The notes under the pieces were generated by a model. The model worked only from the letters and a program-made list of their open reading frames with translations, had not been told where the DNA came from and ran no database searches. A stretch of 63,867 bases of DNA, counting the filler, from Choristocarpus tenellus KU-1152 (taxonomy: Eukaryota; Protista; Phaeophyceae), in NCBI GenBank assembly GCA_964200185.2. It is 13 parts of 13 records of this genome, joined end to end, with 100 filler letters (N's around TTAATTAATTAA, not from the genome) between each part and the next. Parts side by side here need not be neighbours in the genome. Positions count along the whole stretch, not along the records: positions 12,674 to 26,666 come from CAXNAD020001306.1; positions 26,767 to 31,867 come from CAXNAD020011871.1; 11 more parts are not named here. The stretch is one strand, 5' to 3'. Within the stretch, counting starts at the first letter, position 1. Each line of letters opens with the position of its first letter. Shown piece after piece: positions 13,700-26,999 of this stretch. The position numbers and the translations under genes were made by a program.

Positions 13700-14950
13700 T
13701 GTTTGTTTTTTTGATGATGACACGGCTTGTGCTCTGGTGAACCACGTCATAACTCAGGTCCCCTTGATGCACGAGAGGTTCTGTGGGAGTAAAGGGTCAA
13801 ATGGCGAAGAGGCTGCTTTGTTGGGAAGGCGCTCAAAGTCTACTGATGAGGAATCAGGGCTGTTGGAGGAGACGGTTTGATGCCGTGGGCTAATTGATTG
13901 TTACACATAGCGTGTATTTTTTTCTTTAAGGGGAGGGTGTGTGGAGGGTGTGTGTGTGTGTGTGTGTGGAGGGGATTGCTCTTTCCGATCAACACAGACT
14001 AGTCCTTTCTGAGGTCCAGGTGTAGGGGAGATTGCCCAAGTTTGTCAATGGCGAGGTTTGTTGTACTGTGGGGCAGAGCCTCTTGATTGATATGGCATTG
14101 ATAGGTGTACTTCGATCAATGAGCAGGTGGAGCAGAGGGGACCAATGAGGGGTGAACAGTGCGTTCGAGGTTGGCCTCCTTTGTGCATCGAGACCACAAG
14201 ATGTTGTCATTCTCTTGGAAAAGGTTTGGTTGTGTTCTGCAGTGCTAGTCATGATGCTGGAAGAAGATGCCCTCATCCTGCGCCATCTCATGTGCCTTGT
14301 TTATTTCGGTAGGTTGTCACTCTAGTGTGAAAATGAAAGGTAGTATAGGGTATGGTGTGATGGAGGTTGCATTCAAATTGTCCCTTGCTGCTTTTGATGT
14401 AGCATTTTTTGGGCCGTTTTGATTTGTTCCAAATTTTGTATTTTTTGTGGTAACTGTCTCACACTTATGAGCCTTTTTATACTTGGGTAGGATCCGCCTT
14501 GACATTGTCTACCTCAGGTTGTGGCTACGTGCCTGACTTGAAAGGTATGTGGAATTGGTATTGTTCTTATCTGGGAGGCGCTTTAGAGGGTTCATGCATT
14601 TGTATTTGTGCGTTTTATGTGCCCGTGCACTAAATTGGACCCTTGCTAATGCTGCGGTAGCTGTTGTGTACAAAGTGCTTACTTTCTCCAAGTCGATTCA
14701 ATTGAGAGTGGACCCTTGAAGTCAACAGCTCCCTCTTCAGTGTGTCTGCTTGTTTTTATTGGTGGGCGACAAAGTCTGTGGTTATGTACCAGAGCCAGCC
14801 TGGCTGCAGGACACAGCAAGAGATACTGTAGGGATTCTTTGTCATGATAGCATACAGCAGTAATTGCCTTTGTCCTTACCCTCCCTCCCTCCTCTCTCCT
14901 CCATTGTGATGATGTAAAATTTGAGGGCAAGGTGTTCACACGTGGAATGT
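13700..14950 (-). mobile_element. Possible highly degraded non-LTR (RTE-like) retrotransposon 3' part
   Basis: Broken-frame remnants resembling RW.GHLL...KGGQPRT next to (CA)n tracts; weak. Confidence 0.3.
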
Positions 14951-15144
14951 CACAATTGGTTTGTGTTTTTTTGTTCTGTTTGTTTGTGTGGTGTCATGTT
15001 GGTTCCATGTACATGTTGGATTGATGGTGATTGGTCCTGTCGCACATACGTTTGAATGGGTTTCAAGCATTTTTTTTGTTCGTGTTAAAGAACTCTTCAG
15101 TGTTGAGCTTTAGTGATCCTATGGCTCGAACCAGACACAGCGCT

Positions 15145-15230
15145 ATCTACTACTATTCCTCCTCCTCCTCCTCCTGCTACTACTACTACGACTCCTCCTT
15201 CTCCTCCTCCTCCTCCTCCTCCACTACTCC
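15145..15230. repeat. (TAC)n/(CTC)n compound microsatellite
   Basis: tactactattcctcctcctcc...tactactactac...tcctcctcc. Confidence 0.9.
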
Positions 15231-15948
15231 TGGTTGATGATAATTGTGGTCAAGACTTGTGCTGCAACTTTTCGTCGAACCTTCGAAACTTTTTGACCCT
15301 GTGGTTCAAATCGTGGCTGATCAACAAAAAGTGCAAGGCGCCTACGCGATCGCGCATTCACTCTATGGTTGGTTAGTTACTCTTCAGTGTGTGATTCGAG
15401 CTTTGTTGATGATATGGTTACGTGATTGGATTTTGGTGTGGTATGTTCAACTCCTGTGTTGACTTCTCCTGCCGTTTTTTTTTACTGGTCCGACAGTTGG
15501 AGATTGAAGTTCCAGCTAACCCTAATCCTACCACTATTAGATGCATGCATGCATTTATGTATGTATGTATGTAGGTTGATGTTATTTTTATCTCGAAAAT
15601 CAAATGGGTAAGTACCAAGATGTTTGGCAAAGTTGTAGCCTATGCCACAATGATCTGGAGCCAGAAGCCCGAAAAGGTGTCAATTTACCTCTTGTGGGCT
15701 CTAGCTGTGGTCAGAAGGTTCATCGACGTACCAACTACAAATTAAGTGCTTTTTGAGTACTGCACTCTGTATCGTAGTGTGATCATCACTGTACGACACT
15801 TGAATTTGATGTGATAAGTTGTACATTGTTACCAAAAAGTCTCATGGCATCATCAACTGTTTGTACAGAGTTGGAATCAATACTGGTGGACCTTACGGTG
15901 TTCTTTGGACAACACAAATCATCTTCCCCTCTGATGCCTTGGTCTACA

Positions 15949-18900
15949 TCATACTGCTGCCTCCTCAGCTTCAAATATCTCACTGGGGATTGGGAATGGG
16001 CTCTCTTTCCTCACCCTCATGTCCAAGACTATCCCAGGGTAAACAAATGCGAAGGGCTCAAGCATTTTCCGATCCTTGTACTGTGATAGCATCCATGCTG
16101 CATCATAACTACGATAGCGTACTTGTAGCCAGTCCCCACTCGTTGCATAAGCAAGAATGCACTCTCGAGTGCCAATCCTCCCAAGCACGTTGTTCTCGCT
16201 ATGGCCATCATCCCCTATTGTACCACTATTGTCCCCTGGCTCTGATCTGACCTTCAACAACGTTGCAGATGGTACACCTCTTGCTGCAACATATGGAACG
16301 ACACTGAAGAAATGGTGCACTCGGGCCTTCAATACTGCTTCTGTTGGTTTGAGTGAAGATGGCTCGCGTCTCTTGCTAGGAGTTAGTAAACCAAATGTGG
16401 CAGTGGTGGCAGCTTGGGCTAGGGTGGCATGAAGGCTGCTGGTGAAGGAGCTTTTCCCATTCCAGCTAGGCTTCGTCTTTGGAAGTCTCATGCGGAAAAG
16501 CCCTCCGATAGATGTGTTTGGGTGAGCTACTGGAAGTGGCATGCGAGTTAGTAGTCTTTTTTCGGTTTCTTCCACGCGGTATTGGGTGTACACACCTGTC
16601 CTTCCGTCAAAGATAATCTTGCATGTGATTGAAGGTGCAGTCAGTGAGAACAGCGAGGGAAAATTTGGGGGCCAGGGCAGGGCAGGGTAGGGTGGGTTTG
16701 AGGAAACCCCTCGTTCTTCTTGACGAGAAAAAAATATTTGACGGGCGAGGGAGGAATCACCTGTAAGATTTTGTTTCTGAAATGCAAACGTCTGTTCTAC
16801 AACTAAAACCATGCATATTAGGATGGCGTTTACCGTCGAAATACTTCAAAGTAGAACACGAAGTGCTCAACGTAGGTTCAGTTCTGTCTTGAGAGATTAA
16901 CAAGATACAGAAGACTGGGCGAGAGAAATTCAAATTAAACCGAGCAGTACGTAAAATATACAGGAGCAGAGGAGGAGGATTTACCGCAGCCTGTAAACCA
17001 GAATTCCGCTACTTCTGCTAGGCTCAAATATTTTAGCGTTCATTCAATCAATACACAGTAGCTTAGGAGGTCGTAAGACCATTCCCCAGAGAGAAGGGAG
17101 GTTCTGCCTGGAGAAAGGGTATGATGGTCCATGTCTACCCTCAACATGAAACGGGGACAACTACCATATTGTGAAGCACTGTATAGGCTCTGCCACAAAC
17201 GAGGAACTACACGACTGGATGATAGTTTCCGAGGTATAGATAGGTGGCAAGGGAACCTACCTTTAACCAAGTCCCACATTCCTCAAGTACAAGGACCAGC
17301 ATGTCGTACTTTATTGTTCCGATAGGCCGAGAGAGCACATCCTTCATCAAGAGGTAGCAGACATTAAGATATTCTTGAGCCAATGTGTGCAGGGTATGTA
17401 CATTTAAATGTAGAAACTTAGAGCAAAGTCACAGACAACGTACAAGGCATGTTTTGTGCATTTAATTTTGCAGCATGTGTGTGTGCACGAATGTGTGCTA
17501 GTTAGATTTTTGAGTTCCTGGCATTCGAAAATGTATACACCTATGCCCTCTGCATATTCCAATCATTTCAGAGTTAGTTGTAGACGATGCTGACAAACAG
17601 TGACTGGTACTATACAGCACCTCACCGGCTCCTCATGGACCTGCAACTCTGTTTCGTAAGGCATGTTGCGACATATCTGGTAGTAGTCAGGGAAACTTGG
17701 CTCTTTGCAGTCCCTCTTGGCCAAGGCAAGAATATCAGCATTTTCTTCAAACCTCTCCTTAAGTGATTGGGTATTATTGCATGAGAGATATCACCGGCGT
17801 AAGGCAGAGTGAAGGCATCACCAGATGCTGCTGCTCTTCAAGGTTTGAACGAGCATTGTTCCTCAATGATCAGGGAGTCAATATCCTCATGTACGCAAGC
17901 AAGTTGCACGTGTTACAATAATGCCTACCCCACACAAGGAGGGTGTAGATCCAAGGAAGATACTACTTTGAGGAACTCCGTATGAGATATTCTGTATTAA
18001 AAAAAAAACTAGTTGGTATAGCATATCTGTGTGAGCCTCACGTAATCCTGTTTTTTTCATGATACTAGCCATTTCTAACCTGCAGGGTTTTGTAGGTGTC
18101 ATGGTGTTTGTGGTCCCACTTGTGAACTTCTAACAGTTCTCTTGTGCTTGTGGTGAACTCGACACACTCAGGACAAAGGAACCTTGGTGGCTCTTCCGTC
18201 CGAAACCTCTCCATTGCCTGTATCCTGGCTTCCCTCTCCTCCACTGCCAAAATGACCCGCCTTGCCCAGGCACGAGAAATCTTCGGATGGCTCATGACGC
18301 AATACCAATCGTTGGGGTCACAGTGTAGCAGGGAACAGCCAGGACAGGAGGGGAGAGGGGGTAAGAGGACCACATAGCACAGTAAGAAGGTAGAACTACT
18401 CCTTGCAAAGACAAGCGGGTGAGCAGTGTGTTTAAGGGAGCCAAGGGGTGGATTATGTGCTTCAGCTTATACTGAGCAAAGGTTCTGTGGTAAGCACCGT
18501 TTGAGCTGTCTGTGCAAGTGTGCCAGGTTTGCCACAAGGTTGAAGGGTCGCAGAATGAGTAAGAGAATTGATTAGGAGACCCAGATTATGCCCTGCTGCA
18601 TCCATGGCGAAATCTGTGCATGCCAAATTACGCGGCCAAGTTTGCCCAACGCACAACAGTCTAGCATCATATCATGTAAAACCCCCCTCACAATAAATTT
18701 CATCCCAATTAATGATTAAGTTTGCCTCTTACCTCCCCTGACCTCTCCCTTGATTTCAGCAGCGACTGCATCTTTCGATACTGGGACTTAGACGTTGTGC
18801 GTTCTGGTAGGAACTGTGTCTGGCAGTACCAGCGCCAGGTAGTTTCTAGTTCTACAGTAGTCCCTCCGGCTCCATCCGTGAAAGGCCTTGTTGGTTCAGG

Positions 18901-21091
18901 CTCGTTGCCCCGTCCCATCCTACCAGCCCGTTTCAAAGCCTGTTTACACCTGTGCTTTCGAATGGCTTCCGTTTTCTTCAAACAGCGGTTATCGCCAAGA
19001 TGAGAAGGATAGACGATGGGTAAGTATACGGAACCTACTTTTGCTCTGTGTTTGCCGAAAGCAAATTCTACTGAGTAATCCTGAGACTGAGGGGGAAAAG
19101 GAATTTTGTGATTTGAATTCTTTTTAACAGTCATCTGAAAACACCTTGTCTCTAAGTCTGTTTTGGACCCTTTTTTTCCCTTATAGGAAGATATTTCGGT
19201 ACCTATACAAAACAAGTTGCAGATCAAACCCTTGAGCATTTCAGTCTCTACACTCATCGAACAGAACCACTACAGGTCCCTGTAGAGCACCTGCACCAGG
19301 TCTGATGTAACGTCTTCCATCTTCTTTGGTGACAATGAGACGGGCACCAACAGCTGGGACATCAAGTCGGCCACCTGACCTCGAGTTTGTTCAACAGCAA
19401 GACATGATGCAGGGATTGCACACAGTCGGAAGAGGAGAATAACATGTAAATTTAAGGTGCTCCTACTACTGAGTCTGCAAACTTCGCAAGGCGCCTAGAT
19501 TTGAAGCATGGGATTGAGCGGGGTTGGGACTGTGCTTTGAGGGACAAGATCAAAGATTCCTAAGGGTGATCAGGCTCAGGTACACCATGGAATGTCCCTC
19601 ACATTGTGCGTGGTAATGGCGTGAATCTTCCCCCCCAAAACAATGACCTCTTGATATCAGGTGAACCAAGTGAGTCAAAGTAAACGAGAGGTGCCCAGTT
19701 TTGGCCGTTTTGCATTTTGAGCCGCTTTTTTCATATTTGTTATTTGCCCTTATTTTTATGGTTGAAGTGCTAAAAACGACTCAGGAGCATAGATTTTTCT
19801 GTTGCTTAATAATTTTCAACAGATTTCAGAAGCATGTTATGTTACTATGCATTTGTACAAAAAGACAATGTATTGCACATAATTGTCAGCATCCTTAAGA
19901 TGCATCCCTGAGTACCTCTCATTTACTTTGGCTCAGTACAATTTGACACAGAAGGTTTCAAGGGTTGGACAGAGTCAATCACAAATCGAACGGCTGCTCT
20001 TCTTCATCCCTTGCATACCTCATTGGATGGTATCTCACCCCGTCCCTCTGGATCAAACTTTTCAAATGCACTGAAGAAGCGTGCACGATGAACGCCTTCC
20101 CAAGCCTGAGAGGATAGTTTGGGAGGGGAGTTGTATATTCAAGTGACAGGTCTAGGAGTTGATGCTGGGTCCTCTGCGGAATCAGGAATAGGAGTGTTAT
20201 CATCAGCACGTTGATTGTGCGTAAGGTAGTATGTTGAGGCAGTTCATGACTCAGTGGCCATTTTGTTTTAGTTGCATGCATGTGAGTAGGACTTCTGAGA
20301 AATTTTCTCAGGAAGGAAGGATTCCCAATTTTCTGAAGTTCTAATTCATACACAAACCACGAAATTCTAGAGTACATTCAAGGCCAGCCAAGTACTTCCA
20401 GGCTAGTGAGGGTCGGATGTGTTGAAAAGGATGCAGGTATATGAACAATTTCCTGTGGTTACTCCACAACAAAGAAAGCATGTGCTTCATTTTCCAAATA
20501 GGGAGTGTAAAAAAAACACCTCAACATGACCACATGCAGCAACAGTGAGCTTGTATGCATTATTGATTGCATGCACGGTGGAGTTTTATCATATGATGAG
20601 CACAAGGAGGAACGTGACTTGAATGCTTGAAATGACTTTAGGTATTGGACTGCTGGGATGAAGGTGTCACACAAGAAATGACACTTCAAAAGGCTTCAAC
20701 TCCAAAACACACAAGATGCACGAACCATTCTCTTTTTAGCTAGCTCTCCTTTCGATTCCTGTGCTTCATCTGCATCAATTTCCTCTGACACTGCTGCAGC
20801 AGAACTGCTCTGAAGACTGGACATGTTCAGCTGTGTCTCTGAGGTTGTCAAATTTCCAGCAAGGCTCACTGTGCCCCCCTGCCCCGCCAGCTCCCCCCCG
20901 CAAACCCCATCCACTCCAATAGTGCTTTCCTTTGGCCAGGTTTCCATCTTGGGGGCAGTATTGCTCCTTTCCGTTGCGTGCATTGAGCTTCCCAGGGCTT
21001 GTCTCTTGCACCCCACCCAAGAACCTCTTAACCGTGTCATCCATGTTTCCGTCTGGAGTTCCATCTTGCGAACGTGTGCTGCATGTTGGGC
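15949..21091 (-). CDS. Uncharacterised EF-hand + C2H2 zinc finger + SH3-like repeat protein, partial (exons 21091-20726, 20105-20019, 19374-19291, 18975-18733, 18280-18080, 17757-17626, 17341-17261, terminal exon ending 15949)
   Basis: In-phase exons: FSAFEKFDPEGRGEIPSNE/VADLM (EF-hand), FLCPECVEFTTSTRELLEVHKWDHKHH (C2H2), LQVHEEP/DVLSRPIGTIKYDMLVLVLEECGTWLK and LKVRSEP...VLGRIGTRECILAYATSGDWLQVRY...AWML (SH3b-like). The link to the terminal exon is not resolved. Confidence 0.72.
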
Positions 21092-21299
21092 CTTCATGGT
21101 GGTTTGCCCCGAGAGGACGAATAGGTCACGGAATGAAAGAGTGCCCGGGGAAGAAGATTATTGGGAGATAGCAATGTAAACTTGAATGTTTTCATTAGAG
21201 GAGAGATGAATTAATATGCATTGGTGACTGGAGGGGGAGGGATCAAGATGTTGGAATGGGAATTTCTTACGGATAATATGTATGTGCTTAGGAGCGTAT

Positions 21300-21582
21300 G
21301 ATCCAAAGCATCTCAGAGGGTAGGGCCGCATGTGTTCGGGGTCATAAATCCCATGTTGCGATTTTGGTGTAATTTTGGCTATCGTGTTTGTTGGCAAGCG
21401 TCTCAATATCCTTGCTTCGAACACACCTCTCATAGTCGTATATGCTTTACCTACTCCAAAATATTTCGGATTAGGTAACTGTGTTCACAGAAACCGAAAA
21501 AAGGGCGTAAAAAACCTGTGGGAAGCCAAGCCCCGAACTGACAAACAGGGGTAAATTCCTACCCTCTGAAATGCTTCGGATC
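21300..21582. mobile_element. Family 1 MITE (GATCC-ended variant)
   Basis: TIRs gatccaaagcatctcagagggta / taccctctgaaatgcttcggatc; TAT on both flanks. Confidence 0.85.
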
Positions 21583-23290
21583 TATGATAGGCCTCTGGAT
21601 CTACCCGCCTGGGTATAGTTCTTGTTCTAGATTGGGTAATGGAATCTTCAAACTTTGGACTCAATGCTTTTTGTGATATCTTATAGAGAATTCTTACGAT
21701 GAAAGAGTTCTGGTGGCAATAGAGTCCTTGTGTCTTGTGGGGCTCAAGGGAGGATAAAAAAGGGTAACATACTGCTCTTCTACGTGTTGATGTAGATTAG
21801 TATGGTAGACGGTTTTTTATAGTCTTGTAATATGAGGTCCTCCTGCCATTATCAGAAGTGGTATTGAGTTGATTCAGTGTTGCTGAGCAGAGGGGCTTTC
21901 ATTTGTATCTGCTTTGGATTGGGCTGAGCATTTCTTATAGCCAGACGCTGTTGTTGGCTGATCCTTGCTATTTAATTTTCTCTATGAAATGAGGTGTTGC
22001 TGGAGAACTTCTTCAGCCCAGTCACCCCCTTGGAAATCATTAGATATCTGCAGTGGCATCTTTTGTCAAGATGCTGTGTTAGGCGCATTGCAAGATGTGC
22101 CCAACAGCCACTACTCTTACTAAACAGAGAAGAGAGCCTAAGCATATTATCAACTGGTCGCTTTCCCTTAGAGTGTTAACAACACAAGGTACAACATTCT
22201 CAATCTCTCATCTGAATCTGAACATAGACTACATGGTATCTTGTAGGAATTTTGGTGCTACCGTTTGCAACGTTTTATCTGGTACGTCTGCCCAGACATG
22301 CCACACAGTGATTCACTGGATGAGTGTTGAAATGGTTCAAACACAAGTTAAACCTGTCATATTTCTTATTTTTTTGCTGGTGACAGTTTCACGAGGAATC
22401 AAATGATTGCCATTTGTTAAGCAAAATGGTTGCCAGGATCCAACTTGCTGCTTTCTAGGCTATTCCCCAGTGAAATAGATGAGGTAATACAATACCCAAC
22501 TCAGTGGTCTGAGCGGCAGCATTGATAGTGGTGTGTATCTAAGGGCATCATTTGTTGCATTGGGTTAAGTCAATACAAGTCCAAGGACATTTGTAGTAGG
22601 TAAATGATAAAAACCTAAACAAAACGTACAACGGATAAATTGCTTATTTTTAGATTTCACTCATGCAATTGGAAATGAGATATAATCCATGACCTGAGCG
22701 GGGCAGCAGGCAAATGCTACCCTTGTAGGAAGAGAAAAGATGACATTGTGATGAGACATTGTGATGAGGGCTTCCCAAGATATGTTCAAGGGTCCCTGCC
22801 CAGGCAAAGCGGCAGAGGGAATTATGATACATCCAGCAGACTGTGATCTGATTGTGAAAGAATGGCCTGGATCGAAGGCAGCTAGCTACCTGTGTGGCAA
22901 AATAGGAATGTAATACCTTGTAGGTTTTCGCATGAGACATTTTACTTGTTTGAGTTGGATACATTGTGAGGTGTGTGAAACTTCCACCCTATGAAGAACA
23001 TTCTCACACCCTTTTCAGACAGTGTCATCAGTTAAGAGTTGACCAGGGTCAAAATTGCCTACCTGAGCAGGAAATTAGACAGTGCTCAAAAAATCTTGTT
23101 CAACTCGAAACTCAACATTGTTGTTCCCCTAGAATGCTCGTTCAAACTCGGCATATGACGTTCATTTGTCCAGGACAAAGCTCAGAGTTTACTTGACTAA
23201 TGACGTCGTTGGTCCAGAACAATGTATGGGGTCATTTCCTGGAGTCCAATGATCTAGAACATGTGTCTTGGACAAGACCTGGGGGTGTTT

Positions 23291-23546
23291 GAGCCAAAGT
23301 ATCTTAGAGGGTAGAGTCGTGTCCATTTGGGGTCAAAATCCAAGGTTGCGATTTTGATGTAATTTGGCTATCGTGTTTGTTAAGAAGTGCCAATATCCAT
23401 GTTCCGGACACTCCTTTTCATAACGTATATATTTCACCTACTCCTAAACATTTTGGAGTAGGAAAATGTAAAAAAACAAAACATGGGAAGCCAAGCCCCA
23501 AATGGACAAACAGGGCAAACCCGTACCCTCTAAGATACTTTCACTC
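23291..23546. mobile_element. Family 1 MITE, intact 256 bp
   Basis: TIRs gagccaaagtatcttagagggta / taccctctaagatactttcactc, GTTT on both flanks, internal hairpin cctactcc...ggagtagg. Confidence 0.92.
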
Positions 23547-24086
23547 GTTTGCTCTATATCACCCGATCTTCGGGCATTTCTTTTCTCAACTTTATATGAA
23601 CACTGTAAAGTTTGGCTCTGCTGGTGGTATCTTATTTGGGGTGTTCAATGCTACAAGTCCGTACATATTTGTACAAGTAAATGGCACGTATGCTTTATGC
23701 ATAAGACTGATGTACCTAAAGTTCACTGCATTGACAGAGCAGTAAAATAGCACCATTCAAACACAACTACTCCAGAGTGAACCCAACAGAAGGTTTGTTG
23801 AAGAGTTACGCTAGAGTACTGGTGTGATAAGACAATTATTACAACAGTATGATACTAAGACCCTTCTTTAGGCGAATACCATCGGTGGTAGTAGAACAAT
23901 CAATTCAGACCTCTAGAAAAAGCAAACGAGACTAGAATAGTGTGTACATTGTACACATGGGGAGAACAGAGGTTTTGCAGCTACAATATGGGTTTGTGCG
24001 TCATTCTTCGGCTAAAAAAATGGATTATCACAGCGCTTAGTTATGGACACAGGCGTCGTTTTCGTAGTCTATCAATTTTTGACATA

Positions 24087-25485
24087 ATCCCTCTGTCCTG
24101 TAAGTCGCGACTTTGCGGATTTTTACTTTTTATTTTGACTGTTTCTTCACAAATACAAAGACTTTCCCGATACTGTATGACTCAAGAACTTTTGGATATA
24201 ATTGTTCGGAGAGGATTTTTGGTGCTCCCATTTGTTCCGAAATATTTCTGAAATCTGTTCTGAGAAGTGGAACCGAAAAAATGATCCTTTTCGTCCCCAT
24301 TTTCAGTGGCTGCGTTACGATTGGCAGTGGGTACAACACCACCCCATCTTCACACAACACCTCAGCACCTCGCCAAGAGCCGTGTGACTCGTGTTCAGCC
24401 TCCAGACTATCTGCGACGTGAGTCCCGTACCCACTATGGTCACTCCGGTGAGTCTGCTGCCTTTTGCCGGGAGTCCATTGGTTTGGGGTAAAAATTGCGA
24501 GCTGAGCGAGGAAGGTCAAAACGCTCTAGCCGTACAGTATGCTTTAGCGCTACCTCCCAGTAAGAAATGGCTTCCGAAAGGTGTTGGACCAGAGTTTGCA
24601 GAGCAGTTTGGAGTTGGCGAAAATTATCTGAGACAACTTTGGGTGCATGTATGAGAACAATTGGACAATGGTGACACACTTTCGCTGAAATCAGCATCAC
24701 AAAGCTGGTGGCCATCGGACTTCGCATTGACAAAGCATGCAAAGGTTTGAAAGGTCACCTCTCGAGCCCTGAACCTGGATGAGCTGTTTGCCAAGCTTGC
24801 CAAGGTCGATCTTGTAGCCAGCAGCTCAAAGCTTCAGCGATGACTCAAAGCAAAAGGGCGCAACAAAGGTGAAATTGTCCATTGGCCTGAGTCTGTTGCT
24901 GATGCATCGAAAGAACTGGGTAGACCTCATACTTGACCAAGTAGCAAGGAAGCGCATCAATTTCAGAAGGTGCCTCATCAGGATTAATATCAACGAAACA
25001 TTGTACTATCTCATCCGTGACAGAGAATGCGTCGGCATGTCCCTGAGGGAGAGGAAAGAGTGGACTCCACCAAGGTATAGCACGAGAGTCACATTCCTAA
25101 GGTGATGTTCGTTTGTACCGTTTGCACCCAGATCCTTCCTGCGATTTCAAAAGTAAGATCAGAATCTGTTGTGTTTGTGTCATCAAGCAGGCGCAGAGAA
25201 TTTGGCTAGCTGCGAGAGGGGGAAGCAGTACGACTTTGATGTGGCCATTGACATCTAGTCATACTGGGAGTGGTATGCGGAGACTTTTCTCCCTGCATTG
25301 AAGGAAAAAATGCCGTGGTTGGAGGGTGAGGAGGAGGCTGTGCAGCAGGATGGAGCGACCCCCCATACGGGAAAAGACACACCATGGAAGCTCTATAACG
25401 CTGGGAGTGAAGGGGGTAGGAACATCAAGCTCTACACGGAACCTGCGTGGTCACCTGATCTCAATATCAACGATTTGGGATTGAT
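24087..25485 (+). mobile_element. Tc1/mariner (plant/oomycete DD39D-type) transposon, left TIR plus degraded transposase N-terminal and catalytic part
   Basis: TA+atccctctgtcc TIR. Frameshifted transposase remnants SHIPKVMF and VQQDGATPH...EPAWSPDLNINDLG. Confidence 0.85.
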
Positions 25486-26270
25486 GGATTGATGGTCAAA
25501 AGGAAAGCGACAAAGAAAGGTTTTCATGTAAGAAACAACAAGGAATCCAATGCAAAGAACTGCTTTTCATCGGAGGTCATCTTGAGAAGTTTCATCCTTA
25601 ATGTTGCAGACTTATGGGACAGAGGGGGTACCGCAAAACCACCGGGGAAGTCGCGTGACTTATTGTTACTGTCAAGACTCAATTGGTCACTTTCTGACTT
25701 GTGCACTGACAGCTTTGTCAGTTTGATAATTACCATCCAGAGCAATTTCCTAAGTGGTGACAGCTCTAACCTTTCCAGAGGGAGCTATAACTGCAAATTG
25801 TTCAAACAGATTTCTAACATGTATTCCACTGACCGGTTTCCAATCGTTCCATGAGACAGTCAGCATGATCCGATTTGATGGTGCAAGCAGCAACAGAGGC
25901 AATGCTCCATTAGATCTCATACATATTTGTGTGAATAACATTATTTTCTTACCATGTTCTGCTGGGTGCGTCCAAAGGAGATACTACTGCGAAGGAATAG
26001 AGATGGAAATTTTTTAATACCTGTAGGTCTGACAGTTCTCTGATAATAAAACTGGTGAATCAGAAACCAGGGTCAGAAGTCAATGATATGATGAGCTGAA
26101 AAATTGGCAGAGCATCGTACCTCATAGATATTTGCAGGAGGAAACCTTAGATACCAACACTATCCTTAGACAGATGCCTGGTATATTAAAGGATGTTGTG
26201 GTGGCGAATCTCGCTGTGGCAATCTGTACCTCAAGGCAAGACCAGACAAGGTGAAGGATATATTCACATA

Positions 26271-26666
26271 CTTTCTCTGTCCCATAGGTCTGGGTCTTTA
26301 AGTTGTAGCTCTTTGGGATAACCTCCAAATACAAAATGGACCATTGCGTTGGATTTGTTGGAATATTTTACATAAAAAACTATGTCTCGCCTTTACTTGA
26401 CACTGTCAACCCACCAATCCAGGGCTACTGTGGACACTGCTCGGTCTACTTTGACTGATCTAGCCAACCCGCCCTCCCACTGCCTTTTTTTGGTTCCGGT
26501 GTGCTCTACCTCGAAATCGTTTCCCCCCAGTGCCCTCAACACCTGATTGTACCTCTTAAACAGACTCTGCTACATCCTCTTGAGCGTGTCTGTGTTGCAT
26601 GAGTGGAACTTGCTTGAAATCCCCTCTACAAGTTCATCAACAGTGCCGTAACGCCCTGTCCAAACC
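26271..26666 (-). mobile_element. Mariner transposase C-terminus (stop ~26393) and right TIR, opposite orientation
   Basis: VWTGRYGTVDELVEGISSKF...QSLFKRYNQVLRALGGNDFEVEHTG (one internal stop), followed by gggacagagaaag-TA. Confidence 0.8.
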
Positions 26667-26766
26667 NNNNNNNNNNNNNNNNNNNNNNNNNNNNNNNNNN
26701 NNNNNNNNNNTTAATTAATTAANNNNNNNNNNNNNNNNNNNNNNNNNNNNNNNNNNNNNNNNNNNN

Positions 26767-26866
26767 AGTATCCATCCGACGTATGTAACCAAATAACCCA
26801 AAAATCACGACATAAAAAATTGACCCCAAATGGACAGTCGCCACCCCCTCCCAGATACTTTGAGCC
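26767..26866. mobile_element. MITE family 2 fragment (other fragments ~3036-3098, 6457-6477, 35121-35160, 48371-48443, ~51310-51410, 51572-51616, 54468-54650, 54751-54840)
   Basis: Shared TIR (g)nnCAAAGTATCTGGG-polyG and subterminal gtccatttgggg. Confidence 0.8.
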
Positions 26867-26999
26867 CCATACACACCATTTGGCTCGATCTCTTCTGAAA
26901 AAAGTTCCGACAAGATTCTCCAGAGTTCCCAGTTCCAGCAAGGCCTTTCTTTTCTGGAATCAATTCTGATGGGGTTTCTAATGTAACATTCTCCTTTAC

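Noticed and set aside
23377-23745. ORFs overlapping MITEs (also 9684-9953, 21158-21433, 3876-4109) as a small protein family
   Set aside because: Similarity comes from the non-coding MITE; frames are not conserved between copies.
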